Shown here: positions 27,801 through 41,144 of the stretch, piece after piece
Position numbering within the stretch: position 1 is the first letter of the stretch
Layout: each line of letters opens with the position of its first letter
NCBI GenBank assembly: GCA_051362555.1
Contig: CM120641.1
Coordinates: 18,600,001 to 18,664,000 of the forward strand
Source: Lingula anatina
Taxonomy: Eukaryota > Animalia > Brachiopoda
Length of the DNA: 64,000 bases
Direction of reading: 5' to 3'
Position numbers and translations under genes: made by a program
The notes under the pieces: generated by a model
Databases searched by the model: none
Told to the model about the DNA's origin: nothing
The model's input: only the letters and a program-made list of their open reading frames with translations

Positions 27801-30800
27801 ACACACACACACAAAAGGGGTAAGGGTTTGTTCAAATCATATTATGTGATGATTTGCACAAGAAGATTTACAGGGTCATCACTGTAAATAAAACACAAAC
27901 TGAAAGCTTGATATAAAGGACTATTCCAATTTTTTTCCTCATCTATTTCATAGGTAATCAAGCATCTAATTCAGGATAGGATTTTTTTTCTCCAGTTACA
28001 AAACTGCAAATCATGTTACCAAATTAATATGTTTTCATTAAGAGTCTGCAGCTCAAAAATAGTGACTCAACTTGTAGTTATGCTATTGTGTCAGGAGAGA
28101 ATGGAGAATGTGCTTGGATGTGACACATTATCTCTTGAAGTGGGATTGCAAAGAAAGGTCATGTATCTGGCATATAATTATATGACATGGTCAAATTGGA
28201 ATAGTGGCCTAAAAGAGATCAACTTATGTCACGTGATGACCTTAATGCTATACAGAAGGCTTTCTTCATACTAGATAGCATCTGTAAAACAAAAGTATTT
28301 GACTTTAGCACAGGATTATTCCTAGACTTCACATTTAATATAATGATAACACTTGCCTCTCTTTTGTCCACTTGGAACCCCTCTCCTTTGTATTTATACA
28401 TTGCTTTGACCTGTGGCAGCTTCTTCTCTTCTATTGACTCTTGAATCACTTCTTTCTCTACTATTTCCTCAACCTCTATTTCATATGGAATGTCCACAAT
28501 TTCTTCAACTGTTTCTCCTTCTTTGTCAACAACTTCTTCTTCTGTGTTCTCACTGAATTTCTTTTCTAACACTTCTGGGGGTGGCTATATGTAATTAAAA
28601 AAGAAAAAAAACATAAAAATCAAAGTTCTTGGTCATTACTATCAGTTAACAATAGAGTAAAAGTGAGTCACCTATGCCATAATATAATATAATAATATAA
28701 TATAATAAATTGGCCCATACAGCTCTGAGTGCATAGAACAGGTCAGCAGTAACTATGTGAGAGAGAATAAGAAAGAATAGCATGACATAATCTTACCAAA
28801 CTCAGGTGACCAGCTTTAGTCATTAGGTTGGCAAGCTCATTTAATCTCTGTATATCATGCTGATAAGCTTGAATCTCTTCCTCCAGGTGGGTGTGCCTCA
28901 CTAACAGGGCCTGAAAAGGTCAAAATGGTAAAAACAAAGAATGAGGATATTTCAAACCAAAGCAATAAAATTTACACACTGTGCATGTGTATGGTTTCTC
29001 CAAATTTAAGTTTTGGGTCCATTCTTCAGTAAATTTCTTTTACTGCATCTAATTGTAAATGATAGAATCATGACCTAATCATCAACTCGTTTCATTTAGC
29101 TTTACCTTTGCACTCAGTTCATCCTTGCCATAGTCATCACTGCAAACTAAAGGGATCTTCTCCCTCATCCATGACTCTGCTTCATTGGCATCAGCATAGT
29201 ACTAGAACAAAGCGGACCAGTCTGTTAAGACCATGTATGGGATAGATTATGCTTACTGGTTTAGTCTAGTTAAGATATATGACTTTTTGTTACACCAAAA
29301 TAGGAATTTAGAAAATAAGAAATGATGAAATCTTTTATAATTTTTGAAAAATAATTTGATAAAATTTTCCAGTATAAGATGTTTCCTCGTCCTGCTAGAG
29401 TGCCAAACATGACAAGTAGTACTTTAAAAGTGTAGAAATATTGTCTGGTATATAACAACCAATAGAATAGCCAATGTAAACAATGGAAGCCTGATGATTC
29501 ACTACATAATGTGCAAAATACGCATAATAGAGTTGACAGCACTGTCCTACATACTCTATGTGACTCTTCAGCATCTTCCAATCTTGTCCTTCGGGATTTG
29601 GCCAGTTCTTGGAGTCTCGTCCACTTGTCCTTGAGACTGTCTACTCGCAGCTTGATGTCAGTGCTGGCATAGTGGCGGGTGTCAATCAATTGCTGTCCGA
29701 GCTGACACACCTGATGACACCTGGGATGTCTGGCCTGGAGTTCTGCTTCTAGAGCCTGAGAAACAAATGAATATATGAATAGATAAATAATTAAACAGAG
29801 CATCCTCAAAGTCTTTCAGCAAAGATTTATCATATGAAACCATATTTTGATGACAGTTCTGGACTGCGCTTCTTCATTCAGTAGAGCCATGTATAAAATT
29901 GGAACTAGAAGGTTATAATTACATAGGCTGAAAAAAAAAATTGAAAGAAATTGACAGCAAAGCATATAGACAATTTGAGCAAAAAAACAAAACAAATAAT
30001 GTGCAGATTTTTAGTTATCAGACAAAGAACAGTCATGTACTTTTCACAATCTTCAAGGTAGCAGTATCTGGTGACTGAATTCATGGTGCATGCAGAGAAC
30101 AAGAAAACAAAATATTGTGCAGACTTTTTTGAAAAAAAATATTGCTACATAGACATAACCCAAAACATATTTCATAATTTTAAAATTAACAGCAAGGAAG
30201 AAAAAAATACCAGCTTCAGAACAGTAATGTCTCCTAATTGACCAAACAGGGCAGATGTGTTCTCAGTCTGTGCAGTTAGGCACTAGCCTGAGACAACTGC
30301 CCACCTACTGGGACAATGGCCTAATAAATAATCTAAAATGTATTATAACATTAGTCCACTATTCAATCTTGATTGTCAGAAGAGCTAGTATCAGGAATGT
30401 CATTTGTGAGGGGAAGGGGGGGGGGGATTAAACAATGTGTAATTATCCCAGACAAGTTCAAAAACAGAGTTAAAAACAAAAAGTTAAAAAGCCTGAAATT
30501 AAAAAAAACTTGAAAAATCACATCCCTGTAGTAGCCAAAAAAAAAAAAAACCTTTTAGCACAGCCTGTGTTCCTTACCTCATGTTTCTTGAGAAGACCTA
30601 TGACAGCCCTGAGATCTCGGCCTGTCACCATGGACTTGGCCTGCCTTTGTTTCTCCAGCACCCAGCTCTCCTCCTCTTCACTGTCCTGGATGAACTTGTA
30701 AAACTTCAGTGATTCCTGGAGACGTTCACCTCTGATAGTGCTTAGCTTCTGGAGGCTAGATTGAAAAAAAATATTTCACTAGTATTTTACAAATTTTTTG

Positions 30801-33363
30801 TTGTTGATGTACCTTTTTAATTGTTTATAGAAATAAGATTTATTTGAAAGAATTTCAGAGATTATTGTACAGGTGCAATACTCAAAAGTTTTGTTATGAA
30901 ATATAATTCATACATCAATGTTCAATAAGATGTGAATAAATCTCTTAAAATATTCTAAATATTTTACCTTAAAAATTTCAAAATCTTTACTATTATAAAC
31001 TATTTATTTAAAAAAATCTATGGGTTATTTATCAGCATCTCAAATCACTACCACACTTCTTACCAAACACACTTACTTTTCATAATCCTTATTGAGGTTC
31101 TCCAGCCTTTTCAATAGCACAGCAGTCTCCGCCTGCTTCACGTGACCATATTCTCTGGCCCTCTTGTTAAGACCCTTGACCCTTTGACCTTGGGCCTGGA
31201 TCTGTGTTTCTATCAGACTGTGCTTCTGTAACAGATCTTCTACTCCCAGTAAATGCTTGCCAAAGTCTTCAGATCTTACACTTCCCTGATATAAAAACAG
31301 GTATTTAACTGAGTCACAGATTGTGTTCAAGTGAAGCAAAATGAAAATTAAAAAAAACTGTCTGGAAGATATGTATTGTTACAGATATATAAACTCGATA
31401 TTCAATTGAACAATAACGGCAGTTAAATTGGCCAATCATTGAAAATATTGCTATATATCACAATAAATTTTCAAAAAAATGTACAATTATTAAGTTATGC
31501 AGGAAAGTACTGCTTTATGACTTTCAAACAATAAACATATTTTTATAAATTTCATTAAAGACGATAAACAAAAATTTAAACAGACAATTAGAGTAACTTG
31601 AAAGCTGAAATGAAACAGAAATGCCATACCTCAACCTCCTTCATTTCAGCCATGATGCCCTCTATCTCTCTGAACATACCCATCAGTTCATGGAATCCCA
31701 TCAGAACACGCTTCTTATTTTCAAGCTGGTTCTGTAAATTCCTCCATTTCAGGCTGATCAGTTGTTCCCTAAATAAATAAATTAATAAGTAAAAAAATAA
31801 ATATACGCCACTTGTCTAAATTTATGAACTTCAAATGTGATAACAAATACTCTAAAAATAAGTTGTAAAATTTTCTATAATGGAATCAAATTGTTCTTAT
31901 ATATATATTTATAATTGGAAACAAAATATCAAACTGAGACTGAAATTGCACATTTTGCTCTTAATTTCTTACCTTTTGGCAATGGTCTCAGCACTGTGGA
32001 AATTACCATCTAAGAGTTCTTGTGCCATACTTGAGAGAGCTTCAAACCTGTCTTTCTAACAGAAGAAAAGATAGGTGCATTTTAAAACATATGAAAGAGA
32101 ATAAACCTGATATGTTAATTGTTTATCAGCTTTTGGCCAATTTTGTCATTGTCAAGATAAACTTTAATTGTAACTAATATAAAACCAAAAATCACACCTG
32201 AAATGCACTTTATCTTTGTAACATTTTGCTTTAAACAGATATGAGAATGCATTTATAAGTGGGAGATTTCATATCCTCTCAGCCCCTTATCATATCAAGC
32301 AGTGCCTGTAACTGAATCAGTCCACTCTGAGAGGTCCTAACATGTACTGATTAAAATGATTTTCCCACATTTTCACACATTCTTCGAAAGTTTAGATATT
32401 GCTGTGTATTTGGCTGGAGGGGTGAAGGGTGGGCTCCAATTCAGTGACTCTCTTACAAAACAGCCACTCTACTAAAAATGTTTATCCCTCACAGTTGAAT
32501 GTATCGCTGGATGTGAAAAAGGTCTTACTCTTGATAAAATATCAGCAGTGATGGCCTCGTATTTCTTGACAGCTGCTTCCACCTGGGAGGAGTCTGTTCC
32601 TGTGGTGTGTTCTGACACCACCTGGATCATGTCAGCCAGCCAAGATTCCCTGATGCCAGCCTGGAGGAAAGAAAAACTGTGCTAATTACTTGAAACATGA
32701 TGTTAATTACAGACAAGTAGAATCTGTTAGTCCTACTGGTCACGACTGACAATATTTTCAAGGACTGGCATAAAAATTGCATTTAGTCGGTTCAAGGGAC
32801 CTGCAACAATTTAAAGAGATGCCATTCAGTCCAACAAAAAGTTCTTCAGTCTGACAAATTTTTCATAACTGCTGGCTCAAATATGCAGCTGTTTTAAAAA
32901 AGACTTCATCATATCTGTAATTAAAGGAGAAAATAACTTTAAAGTAATTTATCAAATACCCTGATATTCAGCAAATTAATGATGAGCATTATGCTTTTTC
33001 TTTGTCACTACATAATTCAATCCTTGATGAAATGTGGCATATTGTGTAAACCACTAACCTTGCTTTCAAACTTGGCTGACAAACGCTCCAGTTTTTCTTG
33101 CCTGAAATTGGTAAGGTAAGTAGCAGTAGTAAAACTTTATTTACTTATTATAAAAACACAGTAGAAAACTTATCTTTCTCATGGCCTTTCAGTAATCATT
33201 CAACATTATAAGAACACAGTTCTATTGCATATTACTGATTTGAAACACAATGTTCAAACAGTTACTTATTCATAATGCAACTACTGAAAACACTTATAAC
33301 ATCTAAATAATCTTTACAAAGACACACAGAAAAAGTCTTTGTTGTGTGTGCCATCAAAAATAA

Positions 33364-33419
<56 letters not shown>

Positions 33420-34986
33420 CAACAACCAAAACACATTTATTCCAATATTTATTTATCCAGTCTAAAATCCATTAAATATGACTTAACACAGAAACAGACA
33501 GTGCTTTTCATGTAAATACAAATTTTTACTTGCTCAATTATTTAAGATGGTTACCTTATCATTTCCTCCCTCAGTGCCTTTTCTCGTTGATATTCAGCTT
33601 TCTCCAGTCCTGCCCAGGCCCTCTCCAAATCACTGACCAGCAGACCCTCACGAGGGATGTAAGCCTTCTGACCATTAGCCTTTAACTTGGCTTGAATGTG
33701 AAATAGCTCCTCTTCAAGTAAGCCTTTTTCTTTGTACCTGCAGAAAAAGAAATATATTCAAGTCAGGTCTGACCATTTTTGCAACTTGTTAAAATTTTTC
33801 ATGATTTGTTCCATGGAAGATGGTGGGTAGGGGTTAAAAAGTCTGCCAGAGCCCTGAAACACTGTTCAAAATCAAGGAATTCCACTACTTACCTGTATTT
33901 AGTTCTTAATAACTGTTTCTAAAGAGGCTTATCATTTTTCTGATTACTATCTTAACAAGAGGCAATGGAAAACTAATTATATTATATAACATGAAAAATA
34001 ACAGAAACACAGATAGAAAAAAAAACAATGCTTATAAACAACAAAGAACATAAAACTTACTTTGGTGGTTTCTCCAATGAAATATAGTCCTTAAACTTCA
34101 ACATTTCTTGCTGCACCCCATCCAAGGTGTTAGGAAATCTTCTAAGGCTCAGCGCTTTCACTTTCTGTTTGATCCACTCCAGCAGAGCAGTACTGGCCTG
34201 TTCAAAGTTCTGCTTCATCTGGTCTATGGCCATCACAAGTCCAACAATCTATAAAAAATATTAAAGCAAAATTTTTGATCAAACTTACATTGACTATTAA
34301 TGCCCACTTCAGTATCAAAAATGCTTTTTTTTTATTTTGAAAATAAAAATGCATAATGTATGGTGCCTTTATGGTACACTGTAGTAAGATGCTGCTCTAA
34401 ACAAGTACATGTACATGCATTACCTTTGTCATAAAGTAACAGCTATAAAAAATACGACTCTGAGTGAAAGTCCAAAATGGCTTAAGTTTCACCGACAAGA
34501 ATGCATTGACCCTCTTAAAATACTAAAGAGCTACAGACATGCAGTAGCAAAACATTTAAAGACTTCAGCATATATGAGGATGCCAATTCCCTTCTTATAA
34601 ATGCTGTCATGAAATGGGTTCCCATGGTCAGTATCAATATCTTATTTTTATGCCTATCAAATCCTGTTTTTATGAAAGTCAAGGTGAGCTTTTCAGAACA
34701 GAACAGAATTCAAAATGGTGCAATCCTGCTACTTCTGAATCTTAAGTGCAATTTCTAGTGTTTGAAGTTCACCTTTGCTATTCTCTTTCCTCCAGTGATT
34801 CCTGTCTTCATTTTAGCAAAGTGATGGTAGTATGCTGCAACATATGTTATGATGGATCTCTCGTCTGGTTGTTCTACAGCAACATCTAAAAATATTTAAG
34901 AAAAAACTAGAGATTTATATTTTCACTAATTGGTAAAATTTGCTTTTTATGAAATTGTACCTATATGTACTGATCCTCTGTCACCT

Positions 34987-35024
<38 letters not shown>

Positions 35025-38000
35025 TGTGTGCATGCATGTTTGTGTGTTAACATAAATGTACATGTCTGTGTATGTGTAGAGATGTGTGCACGCCTGCACA
35101 TTCAGGCACATGTCTTTGTGTTGTAGTAGGAGAGTGATGGTTCCCATGGCTCTGCAAATAAAGAGAGGGAAGAGAGATGGATCACCTGGATTGCAATCCG
35201 ACTGCCAGTCCTGAGAAACAAAGTTTGTATTTCCCTTCTGCAAAAAAGTTAGTTTGCTGTTTTACCTTCGGCATCCAGTAGCTTGGCAATACCCAGCTTC
35301 TCCTGTGCAGTGTAGAAGGCATTGTTCAGGTTGTACAGAGCATTGCTGGGCTTTAAAAGATCATAATCAATAAGTTCAGGTCTGAAATGATAAAATTTAT
35401 AGTGCATGTTCATTTTCAGCTCAGGAAAGCAGACTTTTCAATATAGTCAATTTAATTCCTAAGTAAACAAATAAAAAATTCACTCCTGTTTAGAAATAAT
35501 ATATCCAAGTCTTGAACAAGCATTGTGAAAACAAAAAAGATCACTACTCATATATTATATGTCTCAATAAAATGTCATATGCCTCAAAGTCCCAATGCAT
35601 ACTAATTAAAGTGTTTACATGACACACTTTAACAGCTAAAATGCTTCAGAAACCATATTAGGCCCAGTTCGTATCATGTGGTATACTTTAGCAACACAGT
35701 CCATACTGGTACAATATTGACAACTTTGAAGTATCAAAATAGTCGGCTATTATGTAAGAGTCACCTAAATAGACCCCTTGCTGGACATGATCAACTTATC
35801 AACTCCTGCCCAAACAGTAAGAAGGGAAATTATGAAAGTGAGTAAAATCCCATGATGCTTAATTACATGTTAGAGCCTCTCAAAGTGTACTGGTACAGAC
35901 TGTACAGCCAAAGTATACCAGTCAGTGTGAAAAGGGCCTGGTACGTATATGCATGGGGCGGTCTATGCTGTACCTGTGAGCATGTATAAGAGCATTGAAC
36001 CCCATGCCATTTCTCCAACTGGAGGTGAAGTTCTGAATCTCTGCGCCAGCGTACCTGTGATAATATGAATGAATCTGGTATTACTTTCAAAGTATTAGAA
36101 GATAAAAACTATTCTGCAAGTCCAAAAATTTGGGGGTTTATTTTCCATCATATTAGTCATATGAAAACTAGATGGAACAAACTAAATTGACCAGAAACAA
36201 TAACAGTCATGAAAGAAGTACCAAAATAGCAATAAACTGGTTAAATAATATGAACATAAAACATATCAGTGTTAACAAATGCATACACACTCACCCTTCT
36301 GTTTTTCTCTGACACCACAACAGGAGAGCAGCTTTTGCTGATCTCTTCTCTGTGCTCTCATCTTCCTCCTAGAGAAATAACAACCACAATATACAATTAA
36401 GATTCACATCAAGACATTTTGTTATTACTTAAAAATAACTTGAAGTAAGAAAATGGATGTAGTTCAGATATAAATGTGAATCTCAAAGACAAATGAACCC
36501 ATTCCAACACATTAAGTTTCGAAGATTACTCTTTTTCAATCTTAATAAAAATATAATTTCTGTTCATGATGAAGTAATTATAAAACTATCCTACCTAGCT
36601 TAGAAAAAATTCAACAATGTGTGTCAAAAAATAACACACTAAGTCTTACGTCAGACTCAGAGACACCAGACACCACACAGAAAGAAGCCATAGCACTGAC
36701 ATTCTCTGAGAGGTTAGAGCTATCAGCCTCATTGCAACAGTTGTCCTGTTGGCTACTGGTAATGAGATGGCAGTTAGAAGCAGGTCCAGATAATGTTGAA
36801 GAGGTAGAAGATGAAGCAAGTGAAGAAGCGAGAGGAGATGACCATCTAGTATTGGCTGAAGAGCCATACTCCGTGTCATGCTTGTTGAAGTACAAGGAGT
36901 TAGGTTAAATACATACAATTCCAAAATGCATATAAAAGAAAGTTTTAAAAATTATACTTTTTCTAAATATGTTTGAAAACAAAGGAATGCTTTCTGATCT
37001 ATATAAAATATAAGAGATAAAAACAACTTTTTCAAACACTTCTATGTTAATTAAATTAAATAAAGCAGAACTGGAGCTAAATGTTATAATTATTGTTATA
37101 AACATAATATTCAATAATTTAGTTTCTTCTGGCCTGATGCAAAATAACATTAGACCATAACAAATATTTCTAAAAATCAGTTTTCCCAACATTTATCCCA
37201 AATAAGAAAGTTTATTTAAGAAAGAATGCATACAAATGATTAAATATATAAAACTATGCAAATGCTGGTATATTAGATTCTTTATATATGAAAAAATACA
37301 GACACTAAGACAATTTTTAACACATCAAACTGCAAATAATAATACCTGTCATATGTTAGCTTAGCTAAAACATTTTCATAAATGCAACATAAATATAATA
37401 AGCAACTCCATAAGTTCTAATAATAATATTATAGCTAATACACCCTTTACTTGGATAACTTACGGGATCTCTGGGTGTCTGAATTTATATGGCAATAAAA
37501 AGAACAGAATTATGTGGGTTTTTTTTTTAGAAATAAATATATGATAAAATATGTCATATAAAAACGGATGTTAATCTTCCTTTTTATAAAGACAGATACT
37601 TTTGATGCAAGGCAATAAAACAAAGTCATTAACTATTCTATACCTATTTGAAACCATGCAACATTGACTTATGTGCAGAACATCAAAAATATCAATAGTA
37701 GTGCTCAGCTTGTAAAATAAAAAATCTATTTCTAAACATATTAGCAGCTATTTCAGCATCCTGACAAAAGTAATTGTTGTCAATCTAGTAAATGAATTTA
37801 AAGTTTGCCATGCTTCATTATTTTATTAAGCAATATTAATTTTTATAAATGGTATAAGGAAAATCATTTACTTCTTCTGTAAACATCACCCGCTAGTAAA
37901 AAAAAAAAACAAGAAATTTCCATCATTTCTTTATACAATGATGATTTATCTAAAAATGCACAGGAGATATATTCCACTTGCATTTGACTAAACATTTTTA

Positions 38001-41000
38001 CCTTCCACTCTCATTAAAAAATATCACCATAATCTTGTAGGGAGAGCTCAAATAAATTTAAGAATACACATAATATTAAGCACAAATAGCAAAAATAATC
38101 ATATTGAATCTTAAAATACTGCCACCTTACATGTCATTAATTAATAATGTGCCATATCTTAATTACATTTCATGCTCTACCATCTGTCACATTCTACTTG
38201 TCTGGTACACTATATTTAATAACAGTAGATTATTTTCTATACAATAGAGATTGTATCCCATGAGATGTTTCTCTTTCCCAATGAGTACTATTACCTGCAA
38301 GACCCAGTATACAGACAAAATGTATTATTATAAGACACATAAAAAAAGGACTTGAAAGTGGTCCCTCCTTTTCTCGTAACCCACTCATTCCATTTTCATA
38401 CAATATTATGAAAATGTACAGTCACCTTCACATGAGTGGCAATGAAGCAACTTGAAAACTGAACTCTTTGCTGCTTTCTTACTGAATTATTATAATATTC
38501 AAGACTCTGTACTTACCACTTCGATTTCAATTTCCTGGATCTGAAATCTCAGAATGATCGTCCATATTAAGCCCAGTATAAGCCGCTGGTTCCCATCTAC
38601 TATGTCCTCTGCTCCAATGTTTTCCAGTTGAACCTGAGAGTTATTATAAAATACATTATGAAAGTGCACTTTATTAAAATTATATGAAAAAAGGGGGGAA
38701 ATAATAATATAAAATAATATATGGATATTAAAATTTTAGATGACTGTGTATCATAAACCTACTGCAACTTACACATTTGATAAAATTACACATTTCAGCA
38801 ACAGTGATAGAAACAGAGGATGTGGTTTCTATGTCAAATACAGGTTTCCATATTTTGGGGAAAAATAGAAAAAGGGAGTTTTTGTCCCTAATCAAACTTT
38901 AGCTCAAATACGTGGACCAAATTAAGGTGTTCTAAAAGCCAAATAAATAGCATTGCATTCATTGAGATTAGTTTCTAATTATGCATATAGATGTCACTGT
39001 AAGTGAAGTACAGTGGTGTGCCAGTTTGGATGAGTTGTAACATTGAATAATCTGTTCTTTGTGGCTTCATAATGACAATGTGTATTGTGTAATTTACCCT
39101 GATTGGTGATTGTGGAGTTGCGGTGAACTGGGATGTAACTAAGGGCACTCCATGAAATAAATTGTTCTCTGAACTCCTTTTTTTCCAAAAGAGCATTTCA
39201 TTACTATTATTATTACTGAAGAAGTAAGTCAACTTTTGTAAGGCACTAGACCACTTAAACATCCCACAGTACTCAAATGACACTAACCAACTGACAGTAA
39301 TCTGTTGATACCCACAACACTGCATACAAGTACTTTATATCTCCTGATATACATTAACTCAATTATTTGACAATAGTAGTAAAAGGGACAAACACAAGAA
39401 TGATGTTAGAAATTCCGCCGAGTAGGTCGCAATTATTGTAATACCTCTCTGTTAAATGGAATAAATGTTTATTAGCAGCCAAACTTCCCCTTATCCCAAC
39501 AGCCTATATTATCAGTATATCTTCAAGTTTATATATTATCATATTATCCAATGCAGTTAAATTGTTACCTTTTTCTGTGCTAAAAACTTGAGACACTTGT
39601 TGAGGTTTTCCACTTTCTGCACCCTCAGTGTCCCCCTGTTGGCTCTGCCAATGGTCTCCCCAGATATGATCTCCAACAGTTTCAGCAGTAACTTTCCATC
39701 ACACAAGTCTTCAAATATTTCACTGATCTTCAAATCAGCCTGGGAATAGGTAAGTGGATATGCATAAACAGTCATCTTAAAAAGTTTATCAATGTTTGTT
39801 TAAAAATTGGACCTTGCTGTGCATTAATATATGTATCTGAATAAGGAAATTTTGGAATGAAGTAATATTTCTTCACAGTGCATGAAGAAATGTTAACTAC
39901 TGCATTAGAGTTTGACTTTTTATCAAAGTTCTTTGCTATCTAATTTTGATCATTGTATGATAATCCAGAGCAAAAAGACAGATACATATATACCACGCGG
40001 GTTAGTTCTGAATTTCTAGGTAATAACTGACATTTTTACACTGTGCTATCTAATCACAGGACAATCTTATCCTCCTGCTGTCCCGCCCAACACAATTACT
40101 ATTTAGGCAAGTTGAGTACTCTTTGACTGGCTTTCTATGGTATAAAACAGAAATCATATGAAATAGTAAGAGAATTACAAAGATATTAGTCAGCACACTA
40201 GAAATTGGCCTACCACTGGTAAATTACACACGTACCAGATAAAATAAATAACTGCAAATATCAAATGCAAATGTTGCATTTATATTCATGTCAACACAGA
40301 AAGCAATCCACAATAATACAACTGTTTGAACTGCCCATTCTGTTACAATTTTCCAGACTATATTTCAATGGAAAATAATCCTCTTGCACAATGTATATTA
40401 ATACAACTGCTTTTAAATGTTGACTTCTGTGTAAGAACGTAAACTAACTTTCGTCAAGAAGGAGCTTAGCAAATTTTGTGAAAGTTTTTACCTGCAAGAA
40501 ATTTCTAAATGTGTGCCCTGGCTCATGTTATTAACTTTTGGCAAATATGTAGTGAATTATAATTTTTAATGCAAAAATGGCTATTAAAAAATTCCAATTT
40601 GCAATTACTGACAGCACAAATCTTTAATTGCAAAATGATTTGAAGTTATCGCATCAATGGTTAAAACATGATCTACACAATCTTAGAGTAAGACTTCATT
40701 CCCAATGAAACTATAGATCCACATAGATCCATCCAACTCTGCAGACTTTTGCTTAATACAATCAGATTAGCAGGTTAATACGCCTTGTCTTGTTTCAAGG
40801 GTACTCGTATAATCACATTTTTCTGTATTCTACTCAACACCAGGAGATCATGTTAACCTCTTAATCTGATTGCATTTGGTAAGAGTTTCCACGGAGTTGG
40901 ATCGATCTGCATAGACTGATAATTTCATTGGGAATGAGCCCTAAGAAAAATAGAGAATGTTTTTTTTTTCTTCTTTTTTTTACAAATCCACCATCTCTTC

Positions 41001-41128
41001 ACAGTGACACTTACCTTCATCAGGAAGGAGTTAATCCAGTTGGTAAAAGTTTTCTTTTGCACCAGAATCCTTTCCTCCTGCAGGGCTCGTATACGGCCCT
41101 TCTCAAACTTACTGGCATCCTGACTCAT
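256..41128 (-). CDS. SPTBN5: Beta-heavy spectrin (karst/sma-1/SPTBN5-type), 5' part; gene continues beyond the left edge
   Basis: 36 coding exons joined by eye, all phases compatible (transcription order): 41015-41128, 39569-39739, 38517-38633, 36295-36368, 35974-36054, 35266-35381, 34773-34885, 34061-34248, 33555-33737, 33059-33101, 32529-32660, 31973-32055, 31630-31768, 31077-31285, 30578-30755, 29555-29755, 29106-29201, 28797-28910, 28357-28584, 20415-20643, 18259-18356, 17908-17994, 17161-17226, 16836-16966, 14887-14946, 7146-7272, 5436-5500, 5094-5175, 4822-4899, 3073-3200, 2569-2731, 2119-2196, 1750-1889, 1424-1547, 870-1016, 256-519. N-terminus [27 protein letters not shown]; CH1 ([31 protein letters not shown]); CH2 ([31 protein letters not shown]); spectrin repeats ([18 protein letters not shown]); internal SH3 ([31 protein letters not shown]) typical of invertebrate beta-H spectrin. 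An in-frame TGA lies upstream of ATG 41128. Confidence 0.93.
1615..1666. repeat. (TTA)n microsatellite
   Basis: Directly visible. Confidence 0.95.
2451..2515. repeat. (AAAAT)n microsatellite
   Basis: Directly visible. Confidence 0.95.
5529..6618. mobile_element. Non-autonomous DNA transposon, PIF/Harbinger-like, 1090 bp
   Basis: 34-bp TIR GGCCACACTTTTTTA(A/T)TTTTATGGATGACATCCT with one mismatch; TAA on both sides (5526-5528, 6619-6621); CpG-rich interior. Confidence 0.85.
14528..14764. mobile_element. Tourist-like MITE, 237 bp
   Basis: Perfect 16-bp TIR AGCCTAGGTCCCAACT / AGTTGGGACCTAGGCT; TAA TSD on both sides; CpG-rich interior. Confidence 0.85.
15511..15767. mobile_element. Fold-back MITE family A, copy 1 (257 bp)
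   Basis: Nearly whole-length palindrome GGCTTCGTTCACATGCAATGTCTATTTTCTAA...TTAGAAAATAGACATTGCATGTGAACGAAGCC; TAA TSD. Confidence 0.9.
18814..18874. repeat. (CA)n microsatellite
   Basis: Directly visible. Confidence 0.95.
21823..22058. mobile_element. Fold-back MITE family A, copy 2 (internally rearranged subfamily)
   Basis: Shares TCTATTTTCTA..TGTGCCCTGAATATCCCG arms with 15511-15767; ends ...GTGAACGGGGCC; TSD degenerate. Confidence 0.85.
24799..25851 (+). CDS. Class A (rhodopsin-family) orphan GPCR with uninterrupted CDS, ~350 aa, nested antisense in a spectrin intron
   Basis: Seven hydrophobic segments; GN (TM1), NLSITDL (TM2), C3.25 and SVDRY (TM3), W4.50, FLIP (TM5), CMTP (TM6), NPFIY (TM7), helix 8 FRMAF; N-terminal sequons NDS, NYT, NLT. 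First in-frame ATG at 24799 (the ORF track starts at a GTG); likely upstream acceptor ttattttcag|24498. Confidence 0.93.
   Translation: MNDSMITMDSNYTNLTTSEEDFQRRSLEAIIIGTIFLLAIILCSILGNISVIVAVWTYPKLYEQKASIFIVNLSITDLCNAIFVMIWTCCALITDGWPFGIMWCRFQCAFNYWLIIVSMQTLAWISVDRYHSIAHPLQYADYLTTKKIMMMLSFSWILGLIFAFVPVFLDWVHYDYWEVVCAINWHYQQDMAVFYVVIAFIVCFLIPAVIMVGCYSCIAYAANKCARRIEACVVPRSQSIASDSNSTGTSQTTKLIQSNTKVIKSLIIVVAVFFVCMTPFCVTKLLKVVFYNNIVPGWLNAFSTWVQFLSSASNPFIYGIFRKDFRMAFRRQIRFLNCGLFNVELSSEST
33367..33426. repeat. (AAT)n/(AAC)n microsatellite
   Basis: Directly visible. Confidence 0.95.
34989..35030. repeat. (TG)n microsatellite
   Basis: Directly visible. Confidence 0.95.
36650..36880 (-). CDS. Candidate alternative (cassette) exon of beta-H spectrin, 77 aa Ser-rich insert between CH1 and CH2
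   Basis: 231-nt open frame, phase 0/0 matching the flanking exons; acceptor ...ctaactccttgtacttcaacaag| with a CTAAC branch-like motif; donor GAC|gtaaga; more GC-rich than the surrounding intron. Confidence 0.5.
40692..40941. mobile_element. Degenerate Tourist-like MITE, 250 bp
   Basis: Inverted termini ..TCATTCCCAATGAAA / TTTCATTGGGAATGA.., inner inverted match ATCCAACTC / GAGTTGGAT; TAA on both flanks. Confidence 0.7.
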
Positions 41129-41144
41129 CTTGACCTTTATCCTT

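Noticed and set aside
35186-35210. Possible 25-nt spectrin microexon (tttctcag|GACTGG..CCAG|gtgatc)
   Set aside because: Frameshifting, weak donor, and the flanking exons already join in phase.
36621-36908. 95-aa plus-strand acidic ORF
   Set aside because: Non-ATG start; it is the antisense shadow of the candidate spectrin cassette exon, whose splice signals are on the minus strand.
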